Shown here piece by piece: positions 21,808-35,235 of a DNA stretch of 64,000 bases (position 1 is its first letter; each line of letters starts with the position of its first letter). Source of the stretch: Longimicrobiales bacterium (GTDB lineage Bacteria; Gemmatimonadota; Gemmatimonadetes; Longimicrobiales; RSA9). The position numbers and the translations under genes are program-made. The notes under the pieces were generated by a model. It was not told the origin of the DNA. It worked only from the letters and a program-made list of their open reading frames with translations, and searched no databases. The stretch covers positions 2,352-66,351 of the forward strand of contig DASVCS010000059.1 in the NCBI GenBank assembly GCA_036381495.1, written 5' to 3'.

Positions 21808-21836
21808 GGACCTCGGCGCGGGTCCCGCCGCCCCCG

Positions 21837-24299
21837 CTACTCCGCCCGCAGCGCGACCATCGGGTCCACACGCGTCGCGCGGCGCGCCGGGATGGTGCTC
21901 GCCAGCGTGGCGCTCGCCGCCAGCGTGAGTGCGACCATGGCGAAGGTCAACGGGTCGCGCGCGGAGACGCCGTAGAGGAGCGCGTCCAGGAGTCGGGTCG
22001 CGGTCCATGCGCCGGCGAGCCCAAGGACCAGCCCCACGGCGACGGGCCGCATCCCCTGCCCGACCACCAGTCGGAGGATCTGGCGATCGCCCGCGCCGAG
22101 CGACTTGCGCACCCCGATCTCGCGCGTGCGCTCGGCCACGAGATAGGCGACGACGCCGTAGAGCCCGACGGCCGCGAGCCCGAGCGCCAGCACGCCGAAG
22201 AGCGTGAAGAGCAGTGCGCCCAGTCGGAACGGCAGCATCTCGGGGCGCAGCGTCGCCTCGAGCGACTGCACGTCGACGTAGGGGAGGTCCGCGGCCAACC
22301 CCTGAACCACGCTCCGCACCGTCGGTGCGAGCGCGGCGGACTCGCCACGGGTTCGAATCAGCAGATGCGGCATGAAGAACGCGAAGCCGGCCGACATCGG
22401 GGACTGGGCGGACGCCAGGAACGCTTCCGGGATGATCTGCTCATCGAGGTAGCGATAGCGCGCATCGGCCGCGACTCCGACAACGCGCGTGCACCCGCCC
22501 TGCTGTGTCTGCTCCATGAGCGCGAGGCACATCCCGACCGCATTGCCGTCGGGGGTGAGCAGCCGTGCGAACCGCTCGTTGATGATGACGACGCGCTCGC
22601 CCCCCGCCCGATCCTGCTCGGTGAAGCCGCGCCCTCGGACGATCGGCATGCCGACGGTCCTGAAGTAGTCGGGCCCGACGATGTTCATGTACGGGCCCTC
22701 GTCGACCGCCGTGCTGTCCCAGCCGGGCGCCTCGACGGCGAGCCCCATCGAGTTGCCGTCGAACGGCGCGAGCAGCGCGATACTCGCCGCCTCGACGCCC
22801 GGCAATGCGCGCAACCGCTCGAGCGCGCGGTCGTAGAAGGCCTTCCGGCCGGCCGCGTCGTAGCCCGCGCGTTCGAGGTCGACCGAGACGGTGAGCAGAC
22901 GGTCGACATCGACGCCGGGATCCACGGCGGACACTGCGCGGAGCGAGCGGAGGCAGAGGCCGCTCGCGACGAGGAGCACGACCGAGAGCGCGACCTGTAC
23001 GCCGACGAGCGCGCTACGACCGCGGCCGCGCGTGGCGCGTGCGGCCGACATCGTCGCCTGGAGGCCGGCGACCGGTTCCCCGCGGGCCGCGGCGAGCGCC
23101 GGCGCGAGCCCGAAGAGCAGGCCGGTGAGCACCGAGACCATGGCGGTGAATCCGAGGATGCGCGCATTGAAAACGCCGTGCGTGGCCGGCACCGGGAAGC
23201 GGTCGGTCAGTTCGGCGCCCCAGAGCGCGATCACGAGCGCGGCGGCGCCGCCGGCGAGCGCGAGGACGAGGCTCTCGGTCAGGAGCTGCCGCACGATCCG
23301 ACGGCGGCCCGCGCCGAGCGAGATCCGGAGCGCGATCTCGCGCCGGCGCGTCGTCGCCCGCGCGAGCAGCAGGTTCGCCACGTTCGCGCACGCGATCAGC
23401 AGCACGACGGCGGTCGCGACCGCGAGCACGAGAGCGAGATCCGCCTCCGTCGAGCGGCGCGGCCCTCGCGCGGTGTTCAGCGGCCCGGTGATCACGGAGG
23501 GCTCGGGATCGAGGCCGTCCACGGACTCCGCGGCGTGGCGCAGCACCGCCGTTGCACTGGCGATGGCCTGCGCCGGCGTCGCGTCCGCCGCCAGCCGTCC
23601 GAGGAAGCCCACGAACAGCATGAGCGGCGTATCCCGCCACCCCTGGGGGGCCAGCCCCATCGGGCCCGTCATCGCGAGCGGCAGCCAGACGTCGAGCGGC
23701 TCGGCATCGATTCCGCCGAACGCCTCGGGCGCGACGCCGACCACCGTGAAGGTCTGGCCGTTCAGGAGGATGGACCGACCGAGCACGTCCGGGTCACCGC
23801 CGAACTCGCGCTGCCAGAAGCCGTGTCCCAGGACGACGACGGGGTGCGCACCAGGATCCTCGCCCTCCTCCGGCAGGAAGAACCGACCCAGCGCCGGCCG
23901 CACGCCGAGCACCGAGAAGAACTCCGGCGAGACCGGCCGCCCGCGCAACCGGCGCGCCGCCTCGCCCCGGCCGTAATCGAGATCTCGCGGGAAGGTGTAC
24001 GCCGCGAGCCCGTCGAACCCGCGCGCACCCTCCCGCAGCGCACGGAAATCCATGTACGAGCCGGCACCGCCGTTCGGCGTCCGAACCGCGCCGGTCCGCC
24101 GCACGATGTACAGCCGCACCACCTGGTCCGGCTCGCGCACACCCGCCGGCGGTCGCAGGAAGAGCCCGTCCAGCACACCGAACATCGTCGCGTTCGCGCC
24201 GATCCCGAGCGCGAGCGTCAGCACCACCACAACGGCGAAGCCGGGGCTGCGCCGTAGCGTGCGCACCGTGTAGCGGACATCCTGGAGCAGTGTTTCCAT
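21837..24299 (-). CDS. ADOP-6: double-FtsX ABC permease
   Basis: [40 protein letters not shown] ... [17 protein letters not shown]; 820 aa. Confidence 0.9.
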   Translation of the reverse strand: METLLQDVRYTVRTLRRSPGFAVVVVLTLALGIGANATMFGVLDGLFLRPPAGVREPDQVVRLYIVRRTGAVRTPNGGAGSYMDFRALREGARGFDGLAAYTFPRDLDYGRGEAARRLRGRPVSPEFFSVLGVRPALGRFFLPEEGEDPGAHPVVVLGHGFWQREFGGDPDVLGRSILLNGQTFTVVGVAPEAFGGIDAEPLDVWLPLAMTGPMGLAPQGWRDTPLMLFVGFLGRLAADATPAQAIASATAVLRHAAESVDGLDPEPSVITGPLNTARGPRRSTEADLALVLAVATAVVLLIACANVANLLLARATTRRREIALRISLGAGRRRIVRQLLTESLVLALAGGAAALVIALWGAELTDRFPVPATHGVFNARILGFTAMVSVLTGLLFGLAPALAAARGEPVAGLQATMSAARATRGRGRSALVGVQVALSVVLLVASGLCLRSLRAVSAVDPGVDVDRLLTVSVDLERAGYDAAGRKAFYDRALERLRALPGVEAASIALLAPFDGNSMGLAVEAPGWDSTAVDEGPYMNIVGPDYFRTVGMPIVRGRGFTEQDRAGGERVVIINERFARLLTPDGNAVGMCLALMEQTQQGGCTRVVGVAADARYRYLDEQIIPEAFLASAQSPMSAGFAFFMPHLLIRTRGESAALAPTVRSVVQGLAADLPYVDVQSLEATLRPEMLPFRLGALLFTLFGVLALGLAAVGLYGVVAYLVAERTREIGVRKSLGAGDRQILRLVVGQGMRPVAVGLVLGLAGAWTATRLLDALLYGVSARDPLTFAMVALTLAASATLASTIPARRATRVDPMVALRAE

Positions 24300-24530
24300 G
24301 AGCGCCCCCTCTCGTCATGGTGCTTCCGACAGCGGTTTCGCCGGATCCGTTCCTTCATCGAACCCTGCGGGAGGGACCCCGGCCGCTGAACGGATGACAC
24401 GCGCGGATCCGGATACGAGGCCGGTCGCGGCGAGTCACCGCTCGGCCCCAGGGGCAACGAAGCGGCCCGTGCGGGCCGCGCCGCCGGCACGGCAGGCGGT
24501 GGACTCGACGGAACCCGATCCACCGCTCAG

Positions 24531-24545
24531 GGAAGGCCCGTGCCA
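24531..24545 (-). promoter_or_regulatory. sigma-54-like -24/-12 candidate (TGGCACGGGCCTTCC)
   Basis: The minus strand reads CTGGCACGGGCCTTCCC, a perfect -24 TGGCACG with correct spacing to TT, but the -12 reads TTCC instead of TTGC. About 230 nt upstream of the ADOP-6 ATG. Confidence 0.3.
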
Positions 24546-24824
24546 GCACGGCACGACGCCCCAATCACTTGTATCACAACGAGATCAAACGCAACGTGGG
24601 GAGTGGGGCGGCCGACCGGTCGTCCGCCTGCGGGATCGGCCGTCCCGAAAGCGGACACCCGGGCGCGCCCGGCGACCGAGTTCGAACGCGCACCGCGCCA
24701 CACCATTGCTGCGGGTCCCGTGAAGGGCATCGGCCGACCGGCCGATCTCATGCGGGGGATCGACGGCGGGTGCCGGGCCGCAGCCCGAGGCGACGCCGCG
24801 CCCGCCGCGTCCCGGGCTCGTCGC

Positions 24825-27272
24825 CTACTCGGCGCGCAGCGCGACGGTCGGATCGACGCGCGTCGCGCCCCGAGCCGGCAGGTAGCCGGCGAGGAACGCC
24901 ACGCCGATGAGCGTGAGCGCCACGGCGCCGTAGGTCAGCGGGTCGGTGGCCGTGACGCCGTAGAGCAGCGATCCGAGCAGTCGGGTGAGCGCGAGCGCGC
25001 CGAGCAGCCCGACGCCCAGTCCGGTCGCCGCCAGCGCCAGTGCGCGGCCGACCACCAGTCGCCGGACGCTCCCGGGATCGGCGCCCAACGCCATGCGGAT
25101 CCCGATCTCGCGAGTGCGTTGTGCCACGGCGTAGGTCATCACGCCGAAGGTGCCGATCGCCGCCAGTGCCAGCGCGACGCCGGCGAAAACGGCGAGGAGC
25201 AGCATGTAGAAGCGTGGCTGGGAGATGGACCGCGCGACGAGTTGTTCGAGGGTCCGGAGCTCGGCGATGGGCAGGTCGGCGTCGAGCGCGCCGACCTCGC
25301 GGCGTACGGCGCCGGCGAGGGTGAGCGGCGGCACGGCGGTGCGGACCACCAGGGTCATTCCGCCCACCGGCACCTGGGCGTGCGGGACGTAGACGACCGC
25401 CGACTGCTCTTCCGCCAGCTCGAATTGCTTCACATCGCCGACCACGCCGACGATCACGCCGCCCACGTTCGGCCGGCCCGGACCGCGGCCCCACCCGAGC
25501 GTGATGCGCCGGCCGATCGGGTCTTCATCCGGGAAGTAGCGCCGGACGGCGGACTCGCTGATCAGCACGACTTGCGGCGCGTCGGCCCGATCCTGCGCGG
25601 TGAACGCCCGCCCGCGGAGCAGCGGGATGCCCATGGTACGGAAATAGCCCGGCGTCACGACCCGCGTCTGGAGGCTCTGATCCGACCCCGGCTGTGCCGG
25701 CTCGCGGCCCTCGACATTGAACGTGAAGGTGAAGCTGAAACCGCTGAGCGGCAGCGCCATGATCGCGCCCGCCGACCGGACGCCCGGCAGCGCTTCGAGG
25801 CGCTCGATGAGCCGGTCGTAGAACGCGGCGCGCGCCGACTCCTCATTGTAGGCGACGCCGGGGAGCGAGAGCCTGAACGCGAGCGCGCCCTCCGCGCGGA
25901 AGCCGGGGTCGACTCGCTGGAGCCGCGCGAAGCTGTTGATCAGCAGCCCCGCTCCGGCGAGCAGGATGACGGCCAGCGCCATCTCGGCCACGACCAGTGC
26001 GTTCCGTACCCGCGCACTCCCCTTGGCCGCCAGCGCGCCGCGGCCACCTTCCCGGAGCGTGGCGGCAAGCTCGGTACGAGCCGTCTGGAGGGCGGGCACG
26101 AGACCGAACAGGAGCCCGGTCAGCAGCGCGATCGCGGCAGTGAAGGCGATGACCGTGCCATCCACCGTGACCTCGTCCAGGCGCGGAACGTTCCGCGGCT
26201 GCAACGCGACCAGGAAACCGGTCCCCCAGACGGCGAGCAGCAATCCCGCCGCTCCTCCGAGCGCGCCCAGGATCAGACTCTCGGTCAGGAGCTGGCGGAT
26301 CAGGCGCCCGCGCCCCGCACCCAGCGCCGCCCGTACCGCCAGCTCGCCCTCCCGCGAAGCCGCCCGCGCCAGCAGCAGGTTCGCCACATTCGCGCACGCA
26401 ATGAGCAGCACGAAGCCCACGGCACCGAGCAGCACCCACAACGCCGTGCGGACATCGCCCACCATCGCGTCGTGCAGCGAGAGGACCGTCATACCCACGT
26501 TGGTGTTGACCTGCGGATACGCCTTCTCGAGCCGCCGGCCGATCGCCGCCACCCGGCTCGCCGCCTGCTCCTCCGAGACACCCGGAGCGAGACGTCCGAC
26601 CACCGACAGGTACCACGCGCCGCGACTGTTTTCGCTCATGAACTCCGCATCGTACTCGATCGGCGTCCACACATCGCGCTCGGCCGGGAACGAGAAGCCC
26701 TCCGGCATCACCCCGACCACTTCGTACGGATTGCCATCGAGACGGATGACCCGGCCGATGATCTCCGGTTCGGCGCCGAACCGCTGCTGCCACAGCCGGT
26801 GACTCAGAATCGCGACCCGGGTCCGCCCGGGCTCGTTCTCATCCGGGCGGAACGTGCGCCCGAGCACCGGCGCCACACCCAGGACATCGAAGAAGCCGGC
26901 GCCCACCTCCACGCCTTGGAGACGCACCGGGTCGCCGCTCCCGGTCAGCGTGAAGTCCGACCGGTAGTACGGCGCCATCTCCTCGAGCACCGGGGACGAA
27001 GTGCCGTCCGCCCCCGTCGCCTGCTGCCGGACATCACGAAAATTCGCCGGCGTCATCACCGCGCGATCCCCCTGCCAGAGCTGGTAGACGCCCACCAGCC
27101 GATCCGGCTCGGGGTACGGCAGCGGGTGCAGCAGCACGCCGTTGACCACGCTGAAGATCGCGGTGTTCGCGCCGATCCCGAGCGCGAGCGTGAGCACCGC
27201 CACCGCGGTGAAGCCGGGGGCGCGGCGCAGGGTGCGCAGGGCGTAGCGGATGTCCTGAAGAAGTGTGTCCAT
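24825..27272 (-). CDS. ADOP-7: double-FtsX ABC permease
   Basis: [40 protein letters not shown] ... PARGATRVDPTVALRAE. Start trimmed to ATG 27272. Confidence 0.88.
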   Translation of the reverse strand: MDTLLQDIRYALRTLRRAPGFTAVAVLTLALGIGANTAIFSVVNGVLLHPLPYPEPDRLVGVYQLWQGDRAVMTPANFRDVRQQATGADGTSSPVLEEMAPYYRSDFTLTGSGDPVRLQGVEVGAGFFDVLGVAPVLGRTFRPDENEPGRTRVAILSHRLWQQRFGAEPEIIGRVIRLDGNPYEVVGVMPEGFSFPAERDVWTPIEYDAEFMSENSRGAWYLSVVGRLAPGVSEEQAASRVAAIGRRLEKAYPQVNTNVGMTVLSLHDAMVGDVRTALWVLLGAVGFVLLIACANVANLLLARAASREGELAVRAALGAGRGRLIRQLLTESLILGALGGAAGLLLAVWGTGFLVALQPRNVPRLDEVTVDGTVIAFTAAIALLTGLLFGLVPALQTARTELAATLREGGRGALAAKGSARVRNALVVAEMALAVILLAGAGLLINSFARLQRVDPGFRAEGALAFRLSLPGVAYNEESARAAFYDRLIERLEALPGVRSAGAIMALPLSGFSFTFTFNVEGREPAQPGSDQSLQTRVVTPGYFRTMGIPLLRGRAFTAQDRADAPQVVLISESAVRRYFPDEDPIGRRITLGWGRGPGRPNVGGVIVGVVGDVKQFELAEEQSAVVYVPHAQVPVGGMTLVVRTAVPPLTLAGAVRREVGALDADLPIAELRTLEQLVARSISQPRFYMLLLAVFAGVALALAAIGTFGVMTYAVAQRTREIGIRMALGADPGSVRRLVVGRALALAATGLGVGLLGALALTRLLGSLLYGVTATDPLTYGAVALTLIGVAFLAGYLPARGATRVDPTVALRAE

Positions 27273-27320
27273 AGTCCTCTCACTCGTCTGGCGGACCTGG
27301 CTTTCGTTACCGCGTGGCAA

Positions 27321-27360
27321 ACCTGCCGTCCGGCGGACCTGCCTGCCGTCCGGCGGACCT
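27321..27360 (+). repeat. 20-bp tandem duplication covering the outer end of motif copy 6
   Basis: acctgccgtccggcggacct / gcctgccgtccggcggacct. The second unit runs into the full motif. Confidence 0.85.
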
Positions 27361-27384
27361 GGTTTTACTTTTTCGATTCATCCC
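27353..27384 (+). repeat. 32-nt motif, copy 6 (start-proximal arm of M3)
   Basis: GCGGACCTGGTTTTACTTTTTCGATTCATCCC, one mismatch. Confidence 0.95.
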
Positions 27385-27717
27385 ACCGGATCCGTACAAT
27401 GGCCAATCGAATCATGCGGCAGCCGGTGCCGCTGTGGTACAGCCCCGCGACGCACGGACTTCAGCCAGATACGCGGGCAAGGCACTCAACCACCGAACCC
27501 TCCGGATCGCACGCTTACACCGTGTGCCGGTTGAGTCGGAAGCCGTGCGGCCGTCCGCCGATCGTGCCATAGCACCATCGCAGCACAGCACGCAGCTCTG
27601 CCGCCCTTGGCTCGGTTCCGCCCGGCGGGCTGTGTACACGCCGGTGGGTCGAGTCTCCTGTCCATCGGCGTGCTCCGGGCCGACGGATTTCACCGGCAGC
27701 CAATCCCCTACCGATCC

Positions 27718-27748
27718 GGGACGAATCGAAAAAGTAAAACCTGGTCCG

Positions 27749-27749
<1 letters not shown>
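27718..27749 (-). repeat. 32-nt motif, copy 7 (stop-proximal arm of M3)
   Basis: The plus strand reads GGGACGAATCGAAAAAGTAAAACCTGGTCCGC, exact. Its last base is shared with the ADOP-8 stop codon (cta at 27749-27751). Confidence 0.95.
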
Positions 27750-30163
<2,414 letters not shown>

Positions 30164-30202
30164 GGCAATCTCAACTCCAGTGCGTTGCCGGCGTCCCATC
30201 CA

Positions 30203-32677
30203 CTACTCGTTCCTGAGCGCCACGATCGGGTCCACCCGCGCCGCCCGGCGCGCCGGCAGGTACGCGGCCACCAGGGCGACGGCGGCCAGGGCGACGGCCG
30301 CGGCCGTGAAACTGGCCGGGTCGGTCGCACTCACGTCGAAGAGGAATTGCGAGGCGAGACGGGTCACGGCGACGGCGGCGAGCAGACCCAGCCCGAGCCC
30401 GAGCGCCACCAGCCCCATGCCCCGCCCCACGATCATCCGCACGACGTCTGGACCGCGTGCGCCGAGCGCCATGCGGATCCCGACCTCGCGCGTCCGGCTC
30501 GCCACGGCGTACGCCATGACGCCGTACAGGCCGATCATCGCGAGCAGCACCGCGAGCGAGCCGAAGCCGCCGAGCAGCGCGGCGGCCGCGCGCTGCGGCA
30601 GCAGCGAGCCGCCGACGGCCTGTTCGAGCGTAGTCACGTTCAGCAGCGCCAGGTCGGCATCGAGTTCGCGCACCGCGCCGCGCACGGCGGGGGCGAGCGC
30701 CGCGGGGTCGCCGGCCGTGCGGACGTGTAGCATCATGTTGCCGCGGTAATCCTGCGCGTGCGGGATGAAGAACTGCGCGCGCTGCGGCTCGGCGCGGCTG
30801 CGGACCGGCGCATCGCGGACGACACCGACGACCTCCGCGAACGCATCACGCCGGTACGACAGCCGCTTGCCGATCGGGTCCTCGCCCGGCCAGAACCGGC
30901 GCGCGAACGTCTCGTTCACCACGACCACGAGCGGCGCGCCCTCACGGTCCTCCGCCGTGAAGCCGCGCCCGCGCGCGAGCGGCATCCGCATCAGCTCGAA
31001 GTACCCGGCGCTCACGCCGTTGAAGTCGAACTCCATGTCCTCGCCCGGCGCGGGCTCGTATCCCTCGATGCTGACGCTCCGCCGCTGCTGGTTGCCGATC
31101 ATGAGCGGCACGACCTCCGCGACCGCCGCCGACTCGACGCCGGGGAGCGCCTCGACCCGCTCGAGCAGTCGCGTGTAGAACACCCGCCCCTCGGCCGGCG
31201 TGTACCCCTCGAGGTCCAGCATCAACGTGGCGAGAAGGACGCCCTCGGGATCGAAGCCGAGGTCGACGGCAGCCGCGTTCCGCAGGCTCCGCACGAACAG
31301 GCCGGCGCCGATGAGCAGCACGAGCGAGACGGCCACCTGCCCGACGACCAGCGCACTGCGCAGCCACGGCCGGCGGCCGCCCACCCGCGCCGCGCCCGAC
31401 TCGTCCTTCAGCGCCGGGACGAGCTCGGGCCGGGACGCCTCGAGCGCCGGTACCAGCCCGAAGATGATGCCGGTGAGCACCGAGACCGCGAGCGCGAACG
31501 AGACGACACGGCCGTCCAACCCCACGTCGAGCGCGATCGGGAGCGGCAGCGGCGGCTGGAACCCGGTGAGCAGGTCCGTGAGCCAGAGCGCGATCAGCAG
31601 CCCGGCGCCGCCGCCGAGCAGCGCGAGCACCAGGCTCTCGGTCAGGAGCTGGCGCACGAGCCGCCCGCGCCCGGCGCCGACGGCCAGCCGGATCGCGATC
31701 TCCCGCCGACGCTGCGTCGCCCGCGCCAGGAGCAGATTCGCCACGTTCGCACACGCGATCAGCAGCACCAGCCCGACCACGCCCATCAGCATGCCCACGA
31801 ATCCGAGCACGGCGCCACGTGCCGCCGGCGGCACCCGCGTCTCCGGCTCGGGCAGCAGCGTCACACGACGCGTGGCCTCCCGGACATCCGTCCAGGCGCC
31901 CGGGTAGCGCGCGTGCAGCCCCGCCGCGAGCGTCGTGACCTGCGCCTGCGCTCGCTCCAGCGTCGCTCCGTCCGCCAACCGACCGATGACCCCGAGCCAG
32001 CGCGAGCCGCGCTCCTCGAGCAGACTGTCATCCCCGCTCTGGCCCGTGAGCCGGTCCGCCATCGCCATCGGCACCCACACGCCCGCGGCGAGCGGTCGCG
32101 TGCTCCCCGCGAAACCCGGAGGCGCCACGCCGATGATCGTGTACGGCTGGCCGTTCAGACGGACCGTCCGCCCGACCACATCGGGATTCAGCCCGAACGA
32201 CCGCTGCCACACCGTGTAGGAAATCACGGCCACCGGCGCACGTCCGGGCACATCGTCGTCCGACGGCAGGATCAACCGCCCCACCGCCGGCGTGACGCCC
32301 AGCACCGAGAAGTAGTTCCCGCTCACCAGCTCACCGGCCGTCAGCTCCGCCCGGTCGCCGATCGCCAGTTGCACCGGCCTGAAGCCGTACGCCGCGAGCC
32401 CGGAGAATGCGTCCGCCCCGTCCCGGAACGCCTCGTAGTCCGGGTACGACGAGGCGCCGTAGAGCGGTCCGCTGTAATCGCTCGTGTAGAGCTGCACCAG
32501 CCGCTCCGGCTCCCGCACCTGCGGTGGCGGCCGCAGCAGCACGGCGTTCACCACACTGAAGATCGCGCTGTTCGCGCCGATGCCGAGCCCGAGCGTGAGC
32601 ACGGCCACGACCGCGAAGCCGGGGTTCCTGGCGAGGCCGCGGAGGGTGTAGCGCAAGTCGTTCATGAGCGTCGTCAT
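30203..32677 (-). CDS. ADOP-9: double-FtsX ABC permease
   Basis: MTTLMNDLRYTLRGLARNPGFAVVAVLTLGLGIGANSAIF ... PARRAARVDPIVALRNE; 824 aa. Confidence 0.9.
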   Translation of the reverse strand: MTTLMNDLRYTLRGLARNPGFAVVAVLTLGLGIGANSAIFSVVNAVLLRPPPQVREPERLVQLYTSDYSGPLYGASSYPDYEAFRDGADAFSGLAAYGFRPVQLAIGDRAELTAGELVSGNYFSVLGVTPAVGRLILPSDDDVPGRAPVAVISYTVWQRSFGLNPDVVGRTVRLNGQPYTIIGVAPPGFAGSTRPLAAGVWVPMAMADRLTGQSGDDSLLEERGSRWLGVIGRLADGATLERAQAQVTTLAAGLHARYPGAWTDVREATRRVTLLPEPETRVPPAARGAVLGFVGMLMGVVGLVLLIACANVANLLLARATQRRREIAIRLAVGAGRGRLVRQLLTESLVLALLGGGAGLLIALWLTDLLTGFQPPLPLPIALDVGLDGRVVSFALAVSVLTGIIFGLVPALEASRPELVPALKDESGAARVGGRRPWLRSALVVGQVAVSLVLLIGAGLFVRSLRNAAAVDLGFDPEGVLLATLMLDLEGYTPAEGRVFYTRLLERVEALPGVESAAVAEVVPLMIGNQQRRSVSIEGYEPAPGEDMEFDFNGVSAGYFELMRMPLARGRGFTAEDREGAPLVVVVNETFARRFWPGEDPIGKRLSYRRDAFAEVVGVVRDAPVRSRAEPQRAQFFIPHAQDYRGNMMLHVRTAGDPAALAPAVRGAVRELDADLALLNVTTLEQAVGGSLLPQRAAAALLGGFGSLAVLLAMIGLYGVMAYAVASRTREVGIRMALGARGPDVVRMIVGRGMGLVALGLGLGLLAAVAVTRLASQFLFDVSATDPASFTAAAVALAAVALVAAYLPARRAARVDPIVALRNE

Positions 32678-32686
32678 GGGGAACTC

Positions 32687-35113
32687 CTATTCACTGCGGA
32701 GCGCGGTGACCGGATCGATCCTCGTGGCGCGCCGGGCGGGTGCGTACGCAGCCAGCATCGCGGCGGCGAGCAGGGCGAGCGACACGCCGATGAAGGTGCC
32801 GGGATCCGTGGGCGAGACGTCGTAGAGCCAGCCCGCAATGAACCGGCTCAGCGCCAGTGCGCCGGCTGCCCCCGCACCCAGCCCGACCGCCACCATCGCG
32901 ACGGCCCGGCGCGCGACCATCCACAACACGCGGCCCGGCTCCGCGCCGAGGGCGATGCGGATCCCGAGTTCCTGCGTCCGCTGGCCCACCGTGAATGCGA
33001 TGAGTCCGGCAATGCCGGCGACGGAGATCGCCAGCGCGAGCGCGCCGAAGAGGCCGAGCAGCACCGTGGTCAGGCGCGGCGCGGCGATCGACTCGCCGCG
33101 GACCTCCTCGAGCGTCCGGACGAACGCGACGGGTTGCCGGGGGTCGATCGAGTGCACCGCCGCGATCGCCTGGCGGGCGACACTCGTCGGATTCGCGGTC
33201 GTCCGGATCATGAGGTGCGCACCCGTGGGTGGGCTCTCGCTCAGCGCGATGTAGACTTGATCGACGACCTCGCCGGCCAACTCCTCCTGCTTCACGTCGC
33301 CGACCACGCCCACGACCGTCGCCCAGTGCTCGCCATCGCCCGACATGCGCGCGCCGATCGGGTTCTCGTCACCCCAATAGCGACGCGCGAGGGACCGGCT
33401 GATGACCACGACATCCGTGGCATCCTCGTGATCCCGGGCCGTGAACGTCCGACCGCGCAGGAGCGGGATGTGCAGCGTCTCGAAGTACCCGGGACTCACC
33501 ACCTGGTGGTCCGTCCGCGGCCGGATTCCACCCTCGGGCACCGGCCTGCCCGCGATCTGGAACGGGATGCTCGGCACGCCGCCGCCGAGCGGGACGTAGC
33601 CGGCCAGCCCCGCCGAGACGACGCCAGGCAGAGCGCCGACCTTCTCCAGCAGGCGCCGGTAGAACTCACGCCGATCGTCATCGGCGAGGTAGCTGGACCA
33701 GTCCAGGTCGATCCGCATGGTCAGCACGTGCTCCGGGTCGAAGCCCGGATCCACGCGCTGGAGCTTGAGAAAGCTCTGGATCATGAGGCCCGCGCCGATC
33801 AGGAGCATGAACGTCCCCGCCAGTTGCGCCGCGACCAGCGCGCTCCGGATCCGCTGGCGTCCCGCCCCCGCGGTTGCGTGACCGCCCCCCTCCCGCAGCG
33901 ACGACTCGACGCTCCGCCCGAACAGAACCGCCGAGACCAGCCCGATCGCGACGCCGGTCGCGACCGATACGCCCAGCGTGAAGAGCAGGACCCGCCCATC
34001 GACGGCGACTTCGCCCGCGCGCGGCGTGAACCGCGCCGCGAACGCCGCGAGCAGATCCGTCGCATAGACGGCAACGAGCAACCCCAGTGCGCCGCCCGCG
34101 ACGGCCAGCAGCGCACTCTCCGTGAGGAGTTGCCGCGTCAGTCGGCCGCGGCTCGCGCCCAGCGCCGACCGCACCGCAAGCTCCTGCTCGCGCCCCGACA
34201 TGCGCGCGAGCGTCAGGTTCGCCACGTTCGCGCACGCGATCAGCAGAACGAACCCCGCCATGCCGAACAGGACCAGGAACACGGGGCGCGCGGTCCGGGT
34301 CAGCTCCTCACGCAGCGGAACGACCGTCGCACCGAACCCCTCGCCGTCCGGATACGCCTCCGGATGCTCGGCGAACATTGCCCCCGCCACGCGGGCGACA
34401 TCGGCACGCGCACGCTCGATCGTCGTCCCCGGCCGCAACCGCCCGAACACCTGCAACGCGCGCCAGTCGCGGTACCCGGTCCACACGTCGCCGGTCCGGA
34501 ACGGGCACGCATACCACGGCACCCAGACGTCGTTGTTTCCGGGGTAGTCGGGGAGCGGCGGCAGCACGCCTACGATCGTGTGGACCTGGTCGTTCATCTC
34601 GACCGTCCGGCCGATCACGCCGGGATCCCCGCCGAAACGCGTCCGCCAGAACTCGTGGCCCAGCACGAGCACCGGCTCCGCGCCCTCCCGGTTCTCGCTC
34701 GGCAAAAACGTCCGGCCCAGGATCGGCTCGACGCCCAGGACCTCGAAGAAGTCCCACGACACCACGCCCGCCTGCACCCGCTCCGGTACGCCCCGGTCCA
34801 GCAGCGTGAACCACAGCGAATGGTATTCGACCAGGCCGCTCAGCGCCCGCGTACCCTCCCGGTAGTCGCGCAGCTCCTGGACGGAGATCCCCGTGTGGTC
34901 CATCCCCGGCATCGACGCGTACTGCTCCAGCCGCACGAGCCGCTCGCCCTCCTCATAGGGGAGCGGCCGCAACAGCACGCCGCTGATGACACTGAAGATC
35001 GCGCTGTTCGCGCCGATGCCGAGCGCGAGCGTCAGCAGCGCCACCACCGCGAAGCCGGGGTTCCGGCGCAGCGAACGCGCCGCGTAGCGCACGTCCTGTA
35101 GCAGGGTCCGCAT
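32687..35113 (-). CDS. ADOP-10: double-FtsX ABC permease
   Basis: [40 protein letters not shown] ... PARRATRIDPVTALRSE; 808 aa. Its stop lies 9 nt from the ADOP-9 ATG. Confidence 0.9.
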   Translation of the reverse strand: MRTLLQDVRYAARSLRRNPGFAVVALLTLALGIGANSAIFSVISGVLLRPLPYEEGERLVRLEQYASMPGMDHTGISVQELRDYREGTRALSGLVEYHSLWFTLLDRGVPERVQAGVVSWDFFEVLGVEPILGRTFLPSENREGAEPVLVLGHEFWRTRFGGDPGVIGRTVEMNDQVHTIVGVLPPLPDYPGNNDVWVPWYACPFRTGDVWTGYRDWRALQVFGRLRPGTTIERARADVARVAGAMFAEHPEAYPDGEGFGATVVPLREELTRTARPVFLVLFGMAGFVLLIACANVANLTLARMSGREQELAVRSALGASRGRLTRQLLTESALLAVAGGALGLLVAVYATDLLAAFAARFTPRAGEVAVDGRVLLFTLGVSVATGVAIGLVSAVLFGRSVESSLREGGGHATAGAGRQRIRSALVAAQLAGTFMLLIGAGLMIQSFLKLQRVDPGFDPEHVLTMRIDLDWSSYLADDDRREFYRRLLEKVGALPGVVSAGLAGYVPLGGGVPSIPFQIAGRPVPEGGIRPRTDHQVVSPGYFETLHIPLLRGRTFTARDHEDATDVVVISRSLARRYWGDENPIGARMSGDGEHWATVVGVVGDVKQEELAGEVVDQVYIALSESPPTGAHLMIRTTANPTSVARQAIAAVHSIDPRQPVAFVRTLEEVRGESIAAPRLTTVLLGLFGALALAISVAGIAGLIAFTVGQRTQELGIRIALGAEPGRVLWMVARRAVAMVAVGLGAGAAGALALSRFIAGWLYDVSPTDPGTFIGVSLALLAAAMLAAYAPARRATRIDPVTALRSE

Positions 35114-35220
35114 CGAAGGCTCCGGTTCCGATCAGCGCGAGCACGGGCGCCACGCGCGTCGGGCGGCGGACCGGGCGAGGACCGTCACCCGTACACGGTG
35201 CAAATGTTCGCCTGATCAAG

Positions 35221-35235
35221 GGAAGGGGCGTGCCA
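35221..35235 (-). promoter_or_regulatory. sigma-54-like -24/-12 candidate (TGGCACGCCCCTTCC)
   Basis: The minus strand reads ATTGGCACGCCCCTTCCCTTG, ~108 nt upstream of the ADOP-10 ATG and ~160-200 nt downstream of motif copy 8. The -12 reads TTCC rather than TTGC. Confidence 0.35.

Noticed and set aside
30758-35101. Very long plus-strand ORFs (1447 aa here; also 38165-43039 at 1624 aa, 16461-19877 and 27314-30730 at 1138 aa each, and others) antisense to the permease genes.
   Set aside because: Their translations are R/P/G/D/H-rich low-complexity strings with no recognisable domains. They exactly shadow well-supported minus-strand genes, the typical stop-poor antisense frames of very GC-rich DNA.
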